In this document: positions 1 through 9,878 of the stretch, piece by piece
Layout: each line of letters begins with the position of its first letter
How positions within the stretch are numbered: position 1 is the stretch's first letter
Assembly: GCA_963741955.1 (NCBI GenBank)
Contig: CAVUKB010000006.1
Coordinates: 416,001-480,000, forward strand
Length of the DNA stretch: 64,000 nucleotides
Reading direction: 5' to 3'
DNA from: an uncultured Acidobacteriota bacterium
Lineage (GTDB): Bacteria > Acidobacteriota > Thermoanaerobaculia > Gp7-AA8
Notes under the pieces: model-generated
Told to the model about the DNA's origin: nothing
What the model saw: the letters and a program-made list of their open reading frames with translations, nothing else
Database searches by the model: none
Translations under genes and position numbers: made by a program

Positions 1-5
1 AGGGC

Positions 6-716
6 GTGCTCAGCTACATGGCGATCATCAACATCGTCCTCGCCATCTTCAACCTCATTCCGGCCTTTCCACTCGACGGCGGCCGCCTCCTCCGTTCGGG
101 ACTCTGGAGGTGGAAAGGAAATCTCCGCTGGGCCACCCACATCGCGTCTCAGGCCGGGAGTCTCTTCGGACTCCTGCTGATCGTTCTTGGACTGGTCAGC
201 GTCTTCTACGGAAATTTCATCGCCGGAATCTGGTGGTTCCTGATCGGGATGTTTCTCCGGAGCATCGCCGCGAGCTCGTACCAGCAGGTGCTCGTCCGCC
301 AGACGCTCGAAGGCGAGCCGGTGCGCCGTTTCATGAAGAGCGACCCGGTGACCGTCCCCCGTCACATCTCGGTCGAGGACCTCGTGGAGAACTACATCTA
401 CCGTTACCACTACAAGATGTTTCCCGTGGTCGACGGTGACCGTCTCCTCGGCTGCATCACCACCCGCCAGGTCCGTGAGCTTCCTCGCGACGAATGGTCG
501 CGGCAGTCGGTGGGTGCGATCGCCGACAGCTGTACGCCCGCCAATGCCGTCAGCCCGGATACCGATGCCATGGCCGCTCTCGCGAAGATGAATAGCAGCG
601 GCTCCTCCCGCCTGATGGTGACCGAAGGCGACCGGCTCGTCGGGGTGCTCAGCCTCAAGGATCTGATGCGCTTCCTCGCGCTGAAGATGGAGCTCGAGGA
701 CGACGGAAAGAGCTGA
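6..716 (+). CDS. Site-2 protease (peptidase M50) with C-terminal CBS pair, 5' truncated by window edge
   Basis: NLIPAFPLDGGR (NPDG motif of M50), hydrophobic helices, then two CBS-like repeats (FPVVDGDRLLGCIT; LMVTEGDRLVGVLS). Confidence 0.9.
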   Translation: MLSYMAIINIVLAIFNLIPAFPLDGGRLLRSGLWRWKGNLRWATHIASQAGSLFGLLLIVLGLVSVFYGNFIAGIWWFLIGMFLRSIAASSYQQVLVRQTLEGEPVRRFMKSDPVTVPRHISVEDLVENYIYRYHYKMFPVVDGDRLLGCITTRQVRELPRDEWSRQSVGAIADSCTPANAVSPDTDAMAALAKMNSSGSSRLMVTEGDRLVGVLSLKDLMRFLALKMELEDDGKS

Positions 717-908
717 ATTGTCGGCCTTTTCGCGCCATTTCCGAGCCTCCGGAGCGATCCTTCCGCACTTCCCGTAAACGGCAGAAAAGGAAACATTACT
801 CTCCCCTCCAGCCTGCCTGGAGATGGTCTGTCGTTTGCTAAATATAAGGAACTGAACAGGAGGTGAGAACAGGGGCCGGCGGAGCGAATCGTCGGCCTTT
901 GCGAGGAT

Positions 909-2423
909 ATGAAGAAGCACGATTTGGTGAAAACTGAGCTGATCTCGACGGGAACGCCCGGGCTCGACGAGATCCTGGGAGGCGGACTCCCGCGGAACCG
1001 GGCATACCTGATCCAGGGAGAACCCGGGGTGGGAAAGACGACGCTCGGTCTGCAGTTTCTTCTCGCAGGTCGTGATTCCGGCGAAAGCGGTCTGTACGTC
1101 TGTCTTTCGGAGACTGAAGAAGAGCTCGAGGAGATTGCGCAGTCGCACGGATGGACGACGGAAGGAGTCACGATTTTCCAGCTCTCCCCGGGGAGCGACG
1201 CGTTGACCGGAGATGAGGAGAACACGTTGTTCCATCCATCCGAAGTCGAGCTGGCCGAGATCTCGAGCACTCTACTCGATCAGGTTCAGAAGGTTCAGCC
1301 GAAGCGGGTGGTGTTCGACTCGCTCTCCGAGATCCGGCTGCTCGCGCAGAGTGGTGCGCGTTACCGCCGGCAGATCCTGGCGCTCAAGGAATTCTTCACC
1401 CGGCGCAACTGCACGGTGTGGTTTCTCGACGACAGCACCGATCTGACCGGCGACCGTCATCTGCAGACCATCGCGCATGGTGTGATGGCACTCGAGCAAC
1501 GCGCACCGATTTTCGGGCCATACCGCCGGCGAATGAAAATCGTGAAGCTGCGCGGGATCGAATTCATCAGTGGTTACCACGATTTCCGCATCATTCGGAG
1601 CGGCTTGCGCGTCTACCCGCGCCTCGTCGCCGCAGAGCATCGCGAGGCGCATCAGCTCCAGCCTCTTCTGAGTGGAGTCCCGCGTCTCGATGCGCTGACC
1701 GGCGGAGGGCTCGACCGCGGCAACAGCACTCTTCTGATGGGGCCGGCCGGTACCGGAAAGTCCGCGGTCGCGATGCAGTTCTGCGTCGCGGCCGCGGAGC
1801 GTGGTGAACGCTCTGTGCTCTTCAATTTCGACGAGACGACGCAGAGCGTGATCAAACGGAGCCAGGGATTCGGCATCGACCTGAAGAAATATCTCGCTGC
1901 CGGTCTTCTCGAGATCCGGCAGATCGACCCCGGAGAGATGCCTCCCGGCGAGTTCCTTTCCCTCGTGCGCGAAGCGGTCGAAGAAAAGAACACCCGCGTC
2001 GTCGTGATCGACAGTCTGAACGGCTACCTCAACGCGATGCCGGATGAGAGCTTCCTGACGATTCAGATGCACGAGCTGCTCACGTACCTCGGGCAGAAAG
2101 GGGTTGCCTCGATCCTCATCGTTTCCCAGGCGGGCCTGATCGGCTCCGCCGTGGATGCACCGATCGACCTCAGCTACCTGGCCGACTGCGTCATCCTTCT
2201 CCGGTACTTCGAGTTCAGCGGCGAAGTCCGGAAGGCCATCTCGGTTCTGAAGAAACGGACCGGGTTACATGAAACGGCGATCCGCGAGCTCCGACTCTCA
2301 TCCGAGGGAATTCATCTCGGTGAACCGCTGCGCGAGTTTACGGGCGTATTGCAGGGGATTCCTCGTCTGAATGGACAGTCTGATCTCGAATCCGACGAGC
2401 TCGACGCCCGCGCAGCGGGATGA
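909..2423 (+). CDS. KaiC-like double RecA-domain ATPase
   Basis: STGTPGLDEILGGGLP start; two Walker A motifs GEPGVGKT and GPAGTGKS; VVFDS/VVIDS Walker B; KLRG and KKR motifs. Confidence 0.9.
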   Translation: MKKHDLVKTELISTGTPGLDEILGGGLPRNRAYLIQGEPGVGKTTLGLQFLLAGRDSGESGLYVCLSETEEELEEIAQSHGWTTEGVTIFQLSPGSDALTGDEENTLFHPSEVELAEISSTLLDQVQKVQPKRVVFDSLSEIRLLAQSGARYRRQILALKEFFTRRNCTVWFLDDSTDLTGDRHLQTIAHGVMALEQRAPIFGPYRRRMKIVKLRGIEFISGYHDFRIIRSGLRVYPRLVAAEHREAHQLQPLLSGVPRLDALTGGGLDRGNSTLLMGPAGTGKSAVAMQFCVAAAERGERSVLFNFDETTQSVIKRSQGFGIDLKKYLAAGLLEIRQIDPGEMPPGEFLSLVREAVEEKNTRVVVIDSLNGYLNAMPDESFLTIQMHELLTYLGQKGVASILIVSQAGLIGSAVDAPIDLSYLADCVILLRYFEFSGEVRKAISVLKKRTGLHETAIRELRLSSEGIHLGEPLREFTGVLQGIPRLNGQSDLESDELDARAAG

Positions 2424-3939
2424 GCGCGTCCTGATACTCGCTCCTTTCGGTCGTGATGGGAGGCTCGCCGCGCGAGCCCTTGCAGACAACGGCCTCGAGC
2501 CGGAGGTGTGCCGGGGGATCTCCGAGCTGGTCGAGATGCTCCGCAAGGGTGCGGGGGCCGCCATCCTCACCGAAGAGGTGTTGACCCGGCCGGCGATGGA
2601 GGAGCTCCGCCAGTTCATCGATGCGCAGCCCGGCTGGTCCGACTTCCCTTTCATCGTCTTCTGCACGGCCGACGGAGTGCGACTCCGGAACCGGCCTCTG
2701 GAGAAGTTCGGACCGAACGCGAACGTCACGTTTCTCGATCGTCCGACCCGGATCCAGACCGTCGTGAGCACCACGCGGGCCGCACTTCGCGCGCGCCGGC
2801 GGCAATACGCGGCGCGCCGGCTGATGGCGCAGCTCGAGAGCCGGATCCGGGAGCGCGACGAGTTTCTCGCGATGCTCGGACACGAGCTCCGGAATCCGCT
2901 CGCCGCCATCGTCATGGCCACCCAGACCGTCGAGGGCCCTCTCTCGGCCGAGGTGAATCATCGAGTGGAACTGATCGAACGGCAGGCCCGTCATCTCGCG
3001 AGACTGGTCGACGATCTCCTCGAGGTCTCGCGTGTGACGTCAGGAAAAATCTCGCTGGTGAAACGGCCGATCGATTTCTGCGATCTGGTCCGTCACTGCA
3101 TCGAGACCATTCATGCCCCTCACACCATCGAGGTCAACGTCCCCGACGATGCGTGCTGGGTCGACGCCGATCCGGTGCGGCTCGAACAGGTGGTGACCAA
3201 TCTCCTGACCAACGCCGTGAAGTACAGCCCTCCCAAGACTCCGATCCGGATCTCCATCGAACCGGGAGAGAATTTCATTGCGCTCCACGTGAAGGACGAC
3301 GGAATCGGGGTCGACCCCACCCTTCTTCCGCGCATCTTCGACATGTTCATGCAGATCGACAAGACCATCGACCGTTCACAGGGAGGACTCGGGCTCGGGC
3401 TGACCCTCGTCCGCAATCTGGTCGAGATGCATGGCGGAGACGTCGAGGCCCGCAGCGACGGAATCGGGAAAGGAACCGAATTCATCGTCCGCCTTCCGTC
3501 GTCCGAAAACCAGGAGCGCGCCGAGGAGTTGCCCGAAACGGATGCCGTCGTCGGTGACGCCCGGGCCCTTTCCGTCGTCGTGATCGAAGATGCTGCCGAC
3601 GTCCGCGAGCTCCTCAAGATCATGATCCGCAAGCTCGGGCACGAAGCGACCGCCGCATCGAACGGAATGGACGGCCTGGACATGATCTTCGAATCGAGGC
3701 CGGACGTCGCAGTGATCGACCTCGGACTACCCGGGATCGACGGGTACCACGTCGCGCGGAGAGTGCGAGAGGAGATCGGTCGGAGCATCTACCTCGTTGC
3801 CCTCAGCGGCTATGGACAGCCCGAGGACCGGAAGCGCGCCGCCGATGCGGGATTCGACGTACACCTGACCAAGCCTGCCGATCTCGCCATGCTGCGTCAG
3901 GCGCTGTACCAGCCCGGCTCGTCCGTCGCGGGAGGGTGA
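2371..3939 (+). CDS. Hybrid sensor histidine kinase (pseudo-receiver + HisKA + HATPase + REC)
   Basis: H-box FLAMLGHELRNPL, N-box NLLTNAVKY, G-boxes DDGIG and GLGLGL, C-terminal receiver VIEDAAD...DLGLPG...KP; start codon uncertain (overlaps the KaiC-like gene). Confidence 0.9.
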   Translation: MDSLISNPTSSTPAQRDERVLILAPFGRDGRLAARALADNGLEPEVCRGISELVEMLRKGAGAAILTEEVLTRPAMEELRQFIDAQPGWSDFPFIVFCTADGVRLRNRPLEKFGPNANVTFLDRPTRIQTVVSTTRAALRARRRQYAARRLMAQLESRIRERDEFLAMLGHELRNPLAAIVMATQTVEGPLSAEVNHRVELIERQARHLARLVDDLLEVSRVTSGKISLVKRPIDFCDLVRHCIETIHAPHTIEVNVPDDACWVDADPVRLEQVVTNLLTNAVKYSPPKTPIRISIEPGENFIALHVKDDGIGVDPTLLPRIFDMFMQIDKTIDRSQGGLGLGLTLVRNLVEMHGGDVEARSDGIGKGTEFIVRLPSSENQERAEELPETDAVVGDARALSVVVIEDAADVRELLKIMIRKLGHEATAASNGMDGLDMIFESRPDVAVIDLGLPGIDGYHVARRVREEIGRSIYLVALSGYGQPEDRKRAADAGFDVHLTKPADLAMLRQALYQPGSSVAGG

Positions 3940-4160
3940 GGGAGGTCGTGGATCGAAGCTCGTCGGCTGCGAATGCAGTCTTCGCAAAAGACCTGACCCT
4001 CTCTGGGTGAGCGGTGAGCGGCGCGGGAACACACTATCTGACTTCCGGCAACTCTCCCGTTTCTGCCGACGGGCGCCGCGGCTTTGGCCGCGGCCGGCAC
4101 GGCGGAAGCCGTGCCGCTCCAACTGCAACATCTGCTCGATGTTCGTCGCTCGTCGCTCGC

Positions 4161-5045
4161 TCAAACTCCTCGCACCACGAGGGCGGCCGGATTGATCGAG
4201 ATGTTCAACGGACGCTCCATCTCGAACAGCTCCCCGTCGACCGCGATGGAGACGCGCCGGTGCGGAGCATCGACCCGAAGACGGGTCGTTGCGAGCCGGC
4301 GGAACCCGTCGACGTCCTCGAGTTGTCCCCGCAGATAGCGCAGGAGCGTTCGGGTGAATTGGATTCTGGTCTGGAAAGGAAGCCAGTAGACGGAAAGGCG
4401 TCCGTCATCCAGAGTGACTTTCTTCGCGAGGATTCCGATCTTCGAGAGATCGTACGAGTTGACCGAGACGGCGAAGAGCTGCGTGCGGACGGTCTCCAGG
4501 CTGTGCGGGGTCTCGAGCGCCAGTGAGACGTGAGGAAAGCGGCGCAGCGCGAGTCCGAGCGCTCGGCGGTATGCCTTCCACTTGCCGGCGCCCCCGCGCA
4601 GGCGCTCCCGATCACGCACCAGTGCAGGGTAGACCCCCAGCATCAGGTTGTTGATGAAGTGGCGGCCGTTGACCGTCCCGGTGTCGATCTGCCGCTCTCG
4701 TCCGTGGAGTGCGAGCTCGAACGCCTCGCGCCAATCCGCCGGAAGGCCGGCGTCGCGCGCGAAATGGTTGAAGCTCCCGAGCGGAATCACCCCGAGGACC
4801 GACTCGGTGCCGACGAGATGCTGGATCACGTGGTGAATCGTTCCGTCTCCTCCTGCGGCCACGACGAGTCTGCGGTCCTTCGCGAGGTTCGAGCGGACCA
4901 GAGCCGCGAGATCGACGTCTCCGCCCAGCTCGACGACTTCGAGTCCGGCCGCATCGGCACGCTCGCGCAGCTCGTGCCTCTCTTCCTCCCCGAGGGACCC
5001 GGAACGCGGATTCAGTACGAGGACTCCTGCGCTGCGTGGGGGCAT
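4161..5045 (-). CDS. Diacylglycerol/lipid kinase family (YegS/DAGK-like)
   Basis: NPRSG, AAGGDGT, IPLGSFNHFAR, VDGE motifs. Confidence 0.9.
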   Translation of the reverse strand: MPPRSAGVLVLNPRSGSLGEEERHELRERADAAGLEVVELGGDVDLAALVRSNLAKDRRLVVAAGGDGTIHHVIQHLVGTESVLGVIPLGSFNHFARDAGLPADWREAFELALHGRERQIDTGTVNGRHFINNLMLGVYPALVRDRERLRGGAGKWKAYRRALGLALRRFPHVSLALETPHSLETVRTQLFAVSVNSYDLSKIGILAKKVTLDDGRLSVYWLPFQTRIQFTRTLLRYLRGQLEDVDGFRRLATTRLRVDAPHRRVSIAVDGELFEMERPLNISINPAALVVRGV

Positions 5046-5096
5046 TCTCTTTCTCTCCGGCGCGACCGTATCGACGCGGATGCACGGACCGCCGCC

Positions 5097-6017
5097 TCAG
5101 GAGCCTCCCTTTTTCGATCTCGTGGAGCGCGGATTCTCATCGCCGCCCTCCTGCTGGCGCCTTCGACGATCCTCTTCGGTCTCGCGATCGCCTCGCGAGA
5201 CGACCTCGGTGACTTCCGCTCCGAGGAGCAGAATCGCGGTCACGAGATAAATCCAGAGAAGAAGCACATAGAGCGAGCCGGCCGCGCCGTAAGCCGATGC
5301 GACATTGAACGTCGAGAAGTACAGACCCAACAGAAACTGGGCCGCGAGCACGAGGATCGAAGTGATCGATGCGCCGAGCCAGACGTTCCGCCACTTCACG
5401 TGCACGTCGGGGACGTACTTGAAGATCATCGCGAAGAGCGTGGTCAGAAGGAGAAAGAAAACCCCCAGGTCGGCGACCTGCCAGAGCGTCGCTCCTCCGG
5501 GAATCGGAATTCGTACCAGCTTCCGAAGCATCGCCACGGAGATCGCCCCAAGGACCGAGATGAAGAGGAAGAGGAGAGCCCCCACCACCATCACCAGAGC
5601 GACCACCTGATCCCAGAGCATTCCTTTCCAGCCGCGGCCTTTCTTCGGAGGAACGTTCCAGACGATCGCCAGCGCTTCCTTCAGCCGATAGAAGACTCCC
5701 GAAGCGCCGATCACGAGAATCAACAGCCCGAGCACCGTCGTGAGCTGCTGGGCGTTCTGGTTCCAGACGTTCAGAACGAAGTGCTGGACGCGGACTGCGG
5801 CGGAATGTCCGACCAGCGACTGGACCGTCGAGGCGACTTCTCCTCGTGCCGCCGCCGGCCCGACGATCTGCACGATGATCCAGATCAGGAAGACGATCAA
5901 CGGGACGATGGAGAACATCGCGAAAAACGCGACCGCCGCAGCGAGGCGGAGCGAGCCGTCGCTCAGCCATTCGCTCACCGACTCGCGAGTGATGTTCCAG
6001 ATCCGTCTCCACGCCAT
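5097..6017 (-). CDS. YihY/virulence factor BrkB family membrane protein
   Basis: LAAAVAFFAMFSIVP, ALAIVW, YGAAGSLYVLLLWIY...LLGAE motifs; start moved to ATG 6017 (MAWRRIW). Confidence 0.9.
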   Translation of the reverse strand: MAWRRIWNITRESVSEWLSDGSLRLAAAVAFFAMFSIVPLIVFLIWIIVQIVGPAAARGEVASTVQSLVGHSAAVRVQHFVLNVWNQNAQQLTTVLGLLILVIGASGVFYRLKEALAIVWNVPPKKGRGWKGMLWDQVVALVMVVGALLFLFISVLGAISVAMLRKLVRIPIPGGATLWQVADLGVFFLLLTTLFAMIFKYVPDVHVKWRNVWLGASITSILVLAAQFLLGLYFSTFNVASAYGAAGSLYVLLLWIYLVTAILLLGAEVTEVVSRGDRETEEDRRRRQQEGGDENPRSTRSKKGGS

Positions 6018-6381
6018 TACACGAGTGCGGTTCCACTGTCGTGCCAGCCAGGAGTCTGTGCGGTGGCAGCACCCGCGGATGGCGTCCGGCCGCATGGTTG
6101 CCCGAGCGGGCACTCCCCGAGAAAGGCCAGGGGCTCCAAGACGTCGGAAGAAGATTGTGCGGTGCACGGGCCAACGAGACGCAGAAACTGCGTGTCCAGG
6201 CAAGGATAACGGAATAAAATTCTGCCACTATGACTGCAGACAGAATAATCGGCGGTTCGCGTCCGGCCGGAGCCGACACTCTTCTTCCTTTCCCTCTCCC
6301 GCGACTCACCAGCCACAGCGCCAATGGCCCTCATCTTGCTCTTTCTCCTTCCAGCGGCTTCTACCGCCGCCAGGAGATCGA

Positions 6382-7614
6382 ATGACCCGACCGGTATCGA
6401 CGCGCGGCCGCGCAATGCCACCTTCTCCCATCCGGAACCTGATGCCTTTCGCAGAAGAAGCGAAGAGCCGTGGCGTCCGCGTGCTGCATCTGAACATCGG
6501 CCAACCCGACCTCGAGACGCCGGCGCCGATGCGTGAGGCGCTGTCGAAGATCGACCGGAGAACGCTCGCCTACACCCCTTCGCAGGGGACGGACGAGTAC
6601 CTCGACAGCATCCTCAGCGATTACCGCAGGATCGGGATCGAGCTCGCCCGCGACGAAATTCTCGCCACGGCCGGCGGGAGCGAAGCGTTGATTTTCGCCA
6701 TGATGGCGTGTGCGGATCCCGGAGACGAGGTGCTGCTTGTCGAGCCCTTCTATGCGAACTACCGATCGTTCGCGACCATGGCGGGGCTTCACGTGAAGGC
6801 GCTCACCGCGCGCGGTCGCGACGGATTCCACCTCCCCCCTCTCCATCTCTGGGAGGCCTCCGTCACGCCGCGAACGCGGTTCGTGCTCCTCTGCAATCCG
6901 AACAACCCCACCGGCGTGGTGTACACCGCCGACGAGATGCAGATGGTGGCGGACTTCTGCACTCGGCACGACCTCTTTCTCATTTCGGACGAGGTGTATC
7001 GCGACTTCGTCTACGACGGAGTGGAAGCGATCAGCGCCCTCACGCTCGAAGACCTCGAGGATCGGGTCATCACCGTCGACAGTCTCTCCAAGCGATTCAG
7101 CGCCTGCGGAATCCGCCTGGGGTGGCTGGCCACGCGAAACCGCGGACTCTATTCCGCGATGATGCGGATGGCGCAGGGCCGCCTCTCCGCCCCGGGCCTT
7201 GCACAGCTGATCGCTCCCGCAGTCGCCACTCTCGGCGATGAGTACTTCCGGAAGGTCCGCTCGGAGTACCAGAGACGGCGTGACCTCCTGTACGACGGTC
7301 TGACCAGCATCGACGGAGTGTTCCTCGAAAGGCCGGAGGGGGCGTTCTACTTCGTGGTCCGCCTCCCGATCGACGATTCGCAGGATTTCGCCCGCTGGCT
7401 CCTGACCGATTTCGAGCACCACGGTTCGACGGTGATGGTCGCGCCGGCCACCGGCTTCTACGCGAGCAACCACCTCGGGCGCAACGAGGTGAGGGTCGCG
7501 TACGTCCTCAATACCGAAGACCTGACCCTCGCGATCGAGATTCTCGCCCGTGCAATTCCCCGCTACCAGGAGATCCGGGGAGAGGAGCTCGCGGCCGCGG
7601 GAATGGTCCCGTAG
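6382..7614 (+). CDS. PLP-dependent aminotransferase class I/II (aspartate aminotransferase-like)
   Basis: LNIGQPD, CNPNNPTG, SDEVY, SLSKRFSACGIRLG (PLP lysine); AGGAG RBS before ATG 6382. Confidence 0.92.
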   Translation: MTRPVSTRGRAMPPSPIRNLMPFAEEAKSRGVRVLHLNIGQPDLETPAPMREALSKIDRRTLAYTPSQGTDEYLDSILSDYRRIGIELARDEILATAGGSEALIFAMMACADPGDEVLLVEPFYANYRSFATMAGLHVKALTARGRDGFHLPPLHLWEASVTPRTRFVLLCNPNNPTGVVYTADEMQMVADFCTRHDLFLISDEVYRDFVYDGVEAISALTLEDLEDRVITVDSLSKRFSACGIRLGWLATRNRGLYSAMMRMAQGRLSAPGLAQLIAPAVATLGDEYFRKVRSEYQRRRDLLYDGLTSIDGVFLERPEGAFYFVVRLPIDDSQDFARWLLTDFEHHGSTVMVAPATGFYASNHLGRNEVRVAYVLNTEDLTLAIEILARAIPRYQEIRGEELAAAGMVP

Positions 7615-7654
7615 CCGGTCGTCCACGCCGTCGATCCCGGGCCCTCCCGGCGCC

Positions 7655-8794
7655 TCAGCCGGCAGCGGGCATTCCGTCCCGAAAGCTCCATCGCGAAACG
7701 GGGGTCATACCTGCAGTTCGCATCACCTGAGCGTGGGTATGGATGTCCCACGACCCGGTGCGGAACTGATCGCCACTGGCGCCGAGCGAATAGCCGCCGG
7801 GGATGGTCGAACAGTTGAAGGTGAAGAGCACCCCGCCCCCCGCCGCGAGACGGAGTCCGAAATCCCACTCCTCCCGGGTACTGACGAAGGGGACGCTCTC
7901 CGGCGAAAAGAGCGTATGGATCGAGATCGCGCTCTCCAGATCGCTGTCCCGGGGAAGGAAAGAAGAATCGGTGAACGCCGCACCGCCCGCCGGGCGGAGT
8001 CGCGGGATGCCGAGGATCGATGCGCTGCGGCCAAAACGGTTCCGGAGCCATGCTTCGTGCGTCACGAGCATCGCCCAGTCCTGTCGCCACTCCGAGAGCC
8101 CCGAGAGGACTCCCATTCCCACCGCGGGTATCCCGGCCCGGATCATCCGTTCCGGCGCGTCGATCCGCCACGCGAAGTCCGCCTTTCCGTCCGCTCCCGG
8201 GTGAAGCTCCTCGTACCTCGCGCGGTCGTACGTCTCCTGCCACAGAATCGAGAACGTCGCGCCAGCGGCAACCAGCTGACGGTATTCGTCCTCGCTGAGT
8301 GACTCCGCACTGATTCCGACGATACCGCCGCCTCGCTCGTCGAGGAGCCGGGCGACCAGTTCGACATGCCGGGCGATCGCATCGGCGCGGTTCTTCGGGT
8401 CCGATGCGTAGACCAGCTCGATCGCGCGGATTCCCTTCTCCTCGATGAGAAACCGGCTCTCGGCTGCGATCTCGTCGTCGCTCAGCCGGACCCGGTCGAT
8501 CCCCCCGGCACGACTGTCCGCGCGGTAGTTGCAGTAGAGGCAGCGCTCGCGGCAGATGCTGGTGACGTAGAGCGGCGCGATGGTGAAGACGTTCCCTGAA
8601 AAGCGCTCCTGGCGGTGTCGTCGCGCCTCGAGGAGGAGTCGTTGCTCCGCCGCCGCCGTTTCCGGCTCGCCGATCTGCTGGAGGGCTCGTACTGCGGCTT
8701 CGAGATCGCCTGGCTGTATGTCGAAGCAGCCCGGCGCCGCTGAAGAAGCGCGGTTCAGTTTCTGGCGGAGGGATTCGATCTCACGGGAGAACAT
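7655..8794 (-). CDS. Radical SAM protein, ThiH/HydG (aromatic amino acid lyase, BATS-like) family
   Basis: APLYVTSICRERCLYC (CxxxCxxC), WQETYDRARYEELHP, GMGVLSGL, PRLRPA, STRE motifs typical of ThiH/HydG. Confidence 0.8.
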   Translation of the reverse strand: MFSREIESLRQKLNRASSAAPGCFDIQPGDLEAAVRALQQIGEPETAAAEQRLLLEARRHRQERFSGNVFTIAPLYVTSICRERCLYCNYRADSRAGGIDRVRLSDDEIAAESRFLIEEKGIRAIELVYASDPKNRADAIARHVELVARLLDERGGGIVGISAESLSEDEYRQLVAAGATFSILWQETYDRARYEELHPGADGKADFAWRIDAPERMIRAGIPAVGMGVLSGLSEWRQDWAMLVTHEAWLRNRFGRSASILGIPRLRPAGGAAFTDSSFLPRDSDLESAISIHTLFSPESVPFVSTREEWDFGLRLAAGGGVLFTFNCSTIPGGYSLGASGDQFRTGSWDIHTHAQVMRTAGMTPVSRWSFRDGMPAAG

Positions 8795-8867
8795 CGGGCT
8801 CGCCGCGATTCTCTCGGGAAGCCCGCAGCCGCGCAGCGTCGTTTGTCACATCCCGGGGTGATTCCCT

Positions 8868-9140
8868 TCAGCGCGGATCAGCGTTGCCGGGCCGGGTGAG
8901 CGATTCGAGTCTTTCCAGGTAGTCCATCGCATCTTCGAACGACTCGCCGCACATCTCTTCGGAAGGGCGGAGACGATTGCAGACCTCCGGACGCTCCGGC
9001 CGGCCGAAGATCGCGCAGCGGTTGTCCGGCGTCAGCTGAACGCACCGCTCGCCGGCCGCCTTTCCGTCCGGCATTCCGGGAATGGGTGAAGAGATCGAGA
9101 GAGCGATGCAGCATGCCCCACACCCTGCGCGACAATCCAT
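8868..9140 (-). CDS. YkgJ family cysteine-cluster (Zn/Fe-chelating) protein
   Basis: [36 protein letters not shown]...RPEVC...MCG; start moved to ATG 9140. Confidence 0.88.
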   Translation of the reverse strand: MDCRAGCGACCIALSISSPIPGMPDGKAAGERCVQLTPDNRCAIFGRPERPEVCNRLRPSEEMCGESFEDAMDYLERLESLTRPGNADPR

Positions 9141-9343
9141 ACTCGCGGGAACTCTCCAGACCGGCAGGTATTCCACTAACCCGGAAAGGACGAGTGTCTC
9201 CATCCGCCGGCCGATCCTCCTCCCCGATCATGAGTCCGGGAGGGGAGGGGGACAGCGAAGGCGCGCTTTTCCTCCGATGGCGGCGCCGGAGAAAATGCCG
9301 GCGCGCCGCCACCGGAAAACGGCGCAGTGTCGATGCGTTTCGA

Positions 9344-9571
9344 CTACACGGCCGTGAGCACGGGCTCCGTAAAACGCGCTGCGATGTTCTCGTTCATTTC
9401 GATCTCGCGTCGCAGCTGTTCCTTGAACTCTCTGCTCGAAGTGTGGTTGAGCTCGTGAAGAAGCTCGTCGTGGGCGTGCGCGAGGGTGCGGGCGATGTAC
9501 ATCCGTTCACGTTCGGAAAACTCGTAGTGTCGCACGATGCCCTTCCTTTCATCGGGCGGGGCGGCGTTCAC
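9344..9571 (-). CDS. Small hypothetical helical protein
   Basis: GAGGAGG before GTG 9571 (alternative GTG 9535); amphipathic ELLHELNHTSSREFKEQLRRE. Confidence 0.5.
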   Translation of the reverse strand: MNAAPPDERKGIVRHYEFSERERMYIARTLAHAHDELLHELNHTSSREFKEQLRREIEMNENIAARFTEPVLTAV

Positions 9572-9622
9572 GTCGCGTCCCTCCTCGAATCGTAAGTTCA
9601 CAACCGAGCGGATGCACGTCCA

Positions 9623-9650
9623 GGCGTCTGCGCGGTAGAAACTGTCCTGC
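9623..9650 (+). repeat. Partial or degenerate copy of the GGAGTCTGCG-ended MITE-like element
   Basis: GTCTGCGCGGTAGAAACTGTCCT is the reverse complement of the element end at ~17142-17164. Confidence 0.6.
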
Positions 9651-9878
9651 TGGCGGTGACGGATAGCAGGCCGGTCGGATCCGGGGAAGAGATTCCGAAA
9701 TTCGCTCCTTCCGGTCGATAGCTCGACGGCTCCAGGTGGAACCGCTACACTCTCAGCTCGCTTGAACGATACGGTCCGGGGAAGCTCGCAGGATCACGCG
9801 AGACGCCCGGCGTTCGCGGCAGGAAGAGTATCGGCGCAGCGAGATCAACCGTTGCGCGGGAGACATGGCGCCGAGCTG

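Noticed and set aside
3897-4100. Small CxxC (FCEDC) ORF
   Set aside because: No RBS, overlaps the kinase 3' end, and only one CxxC pair; probably chance.
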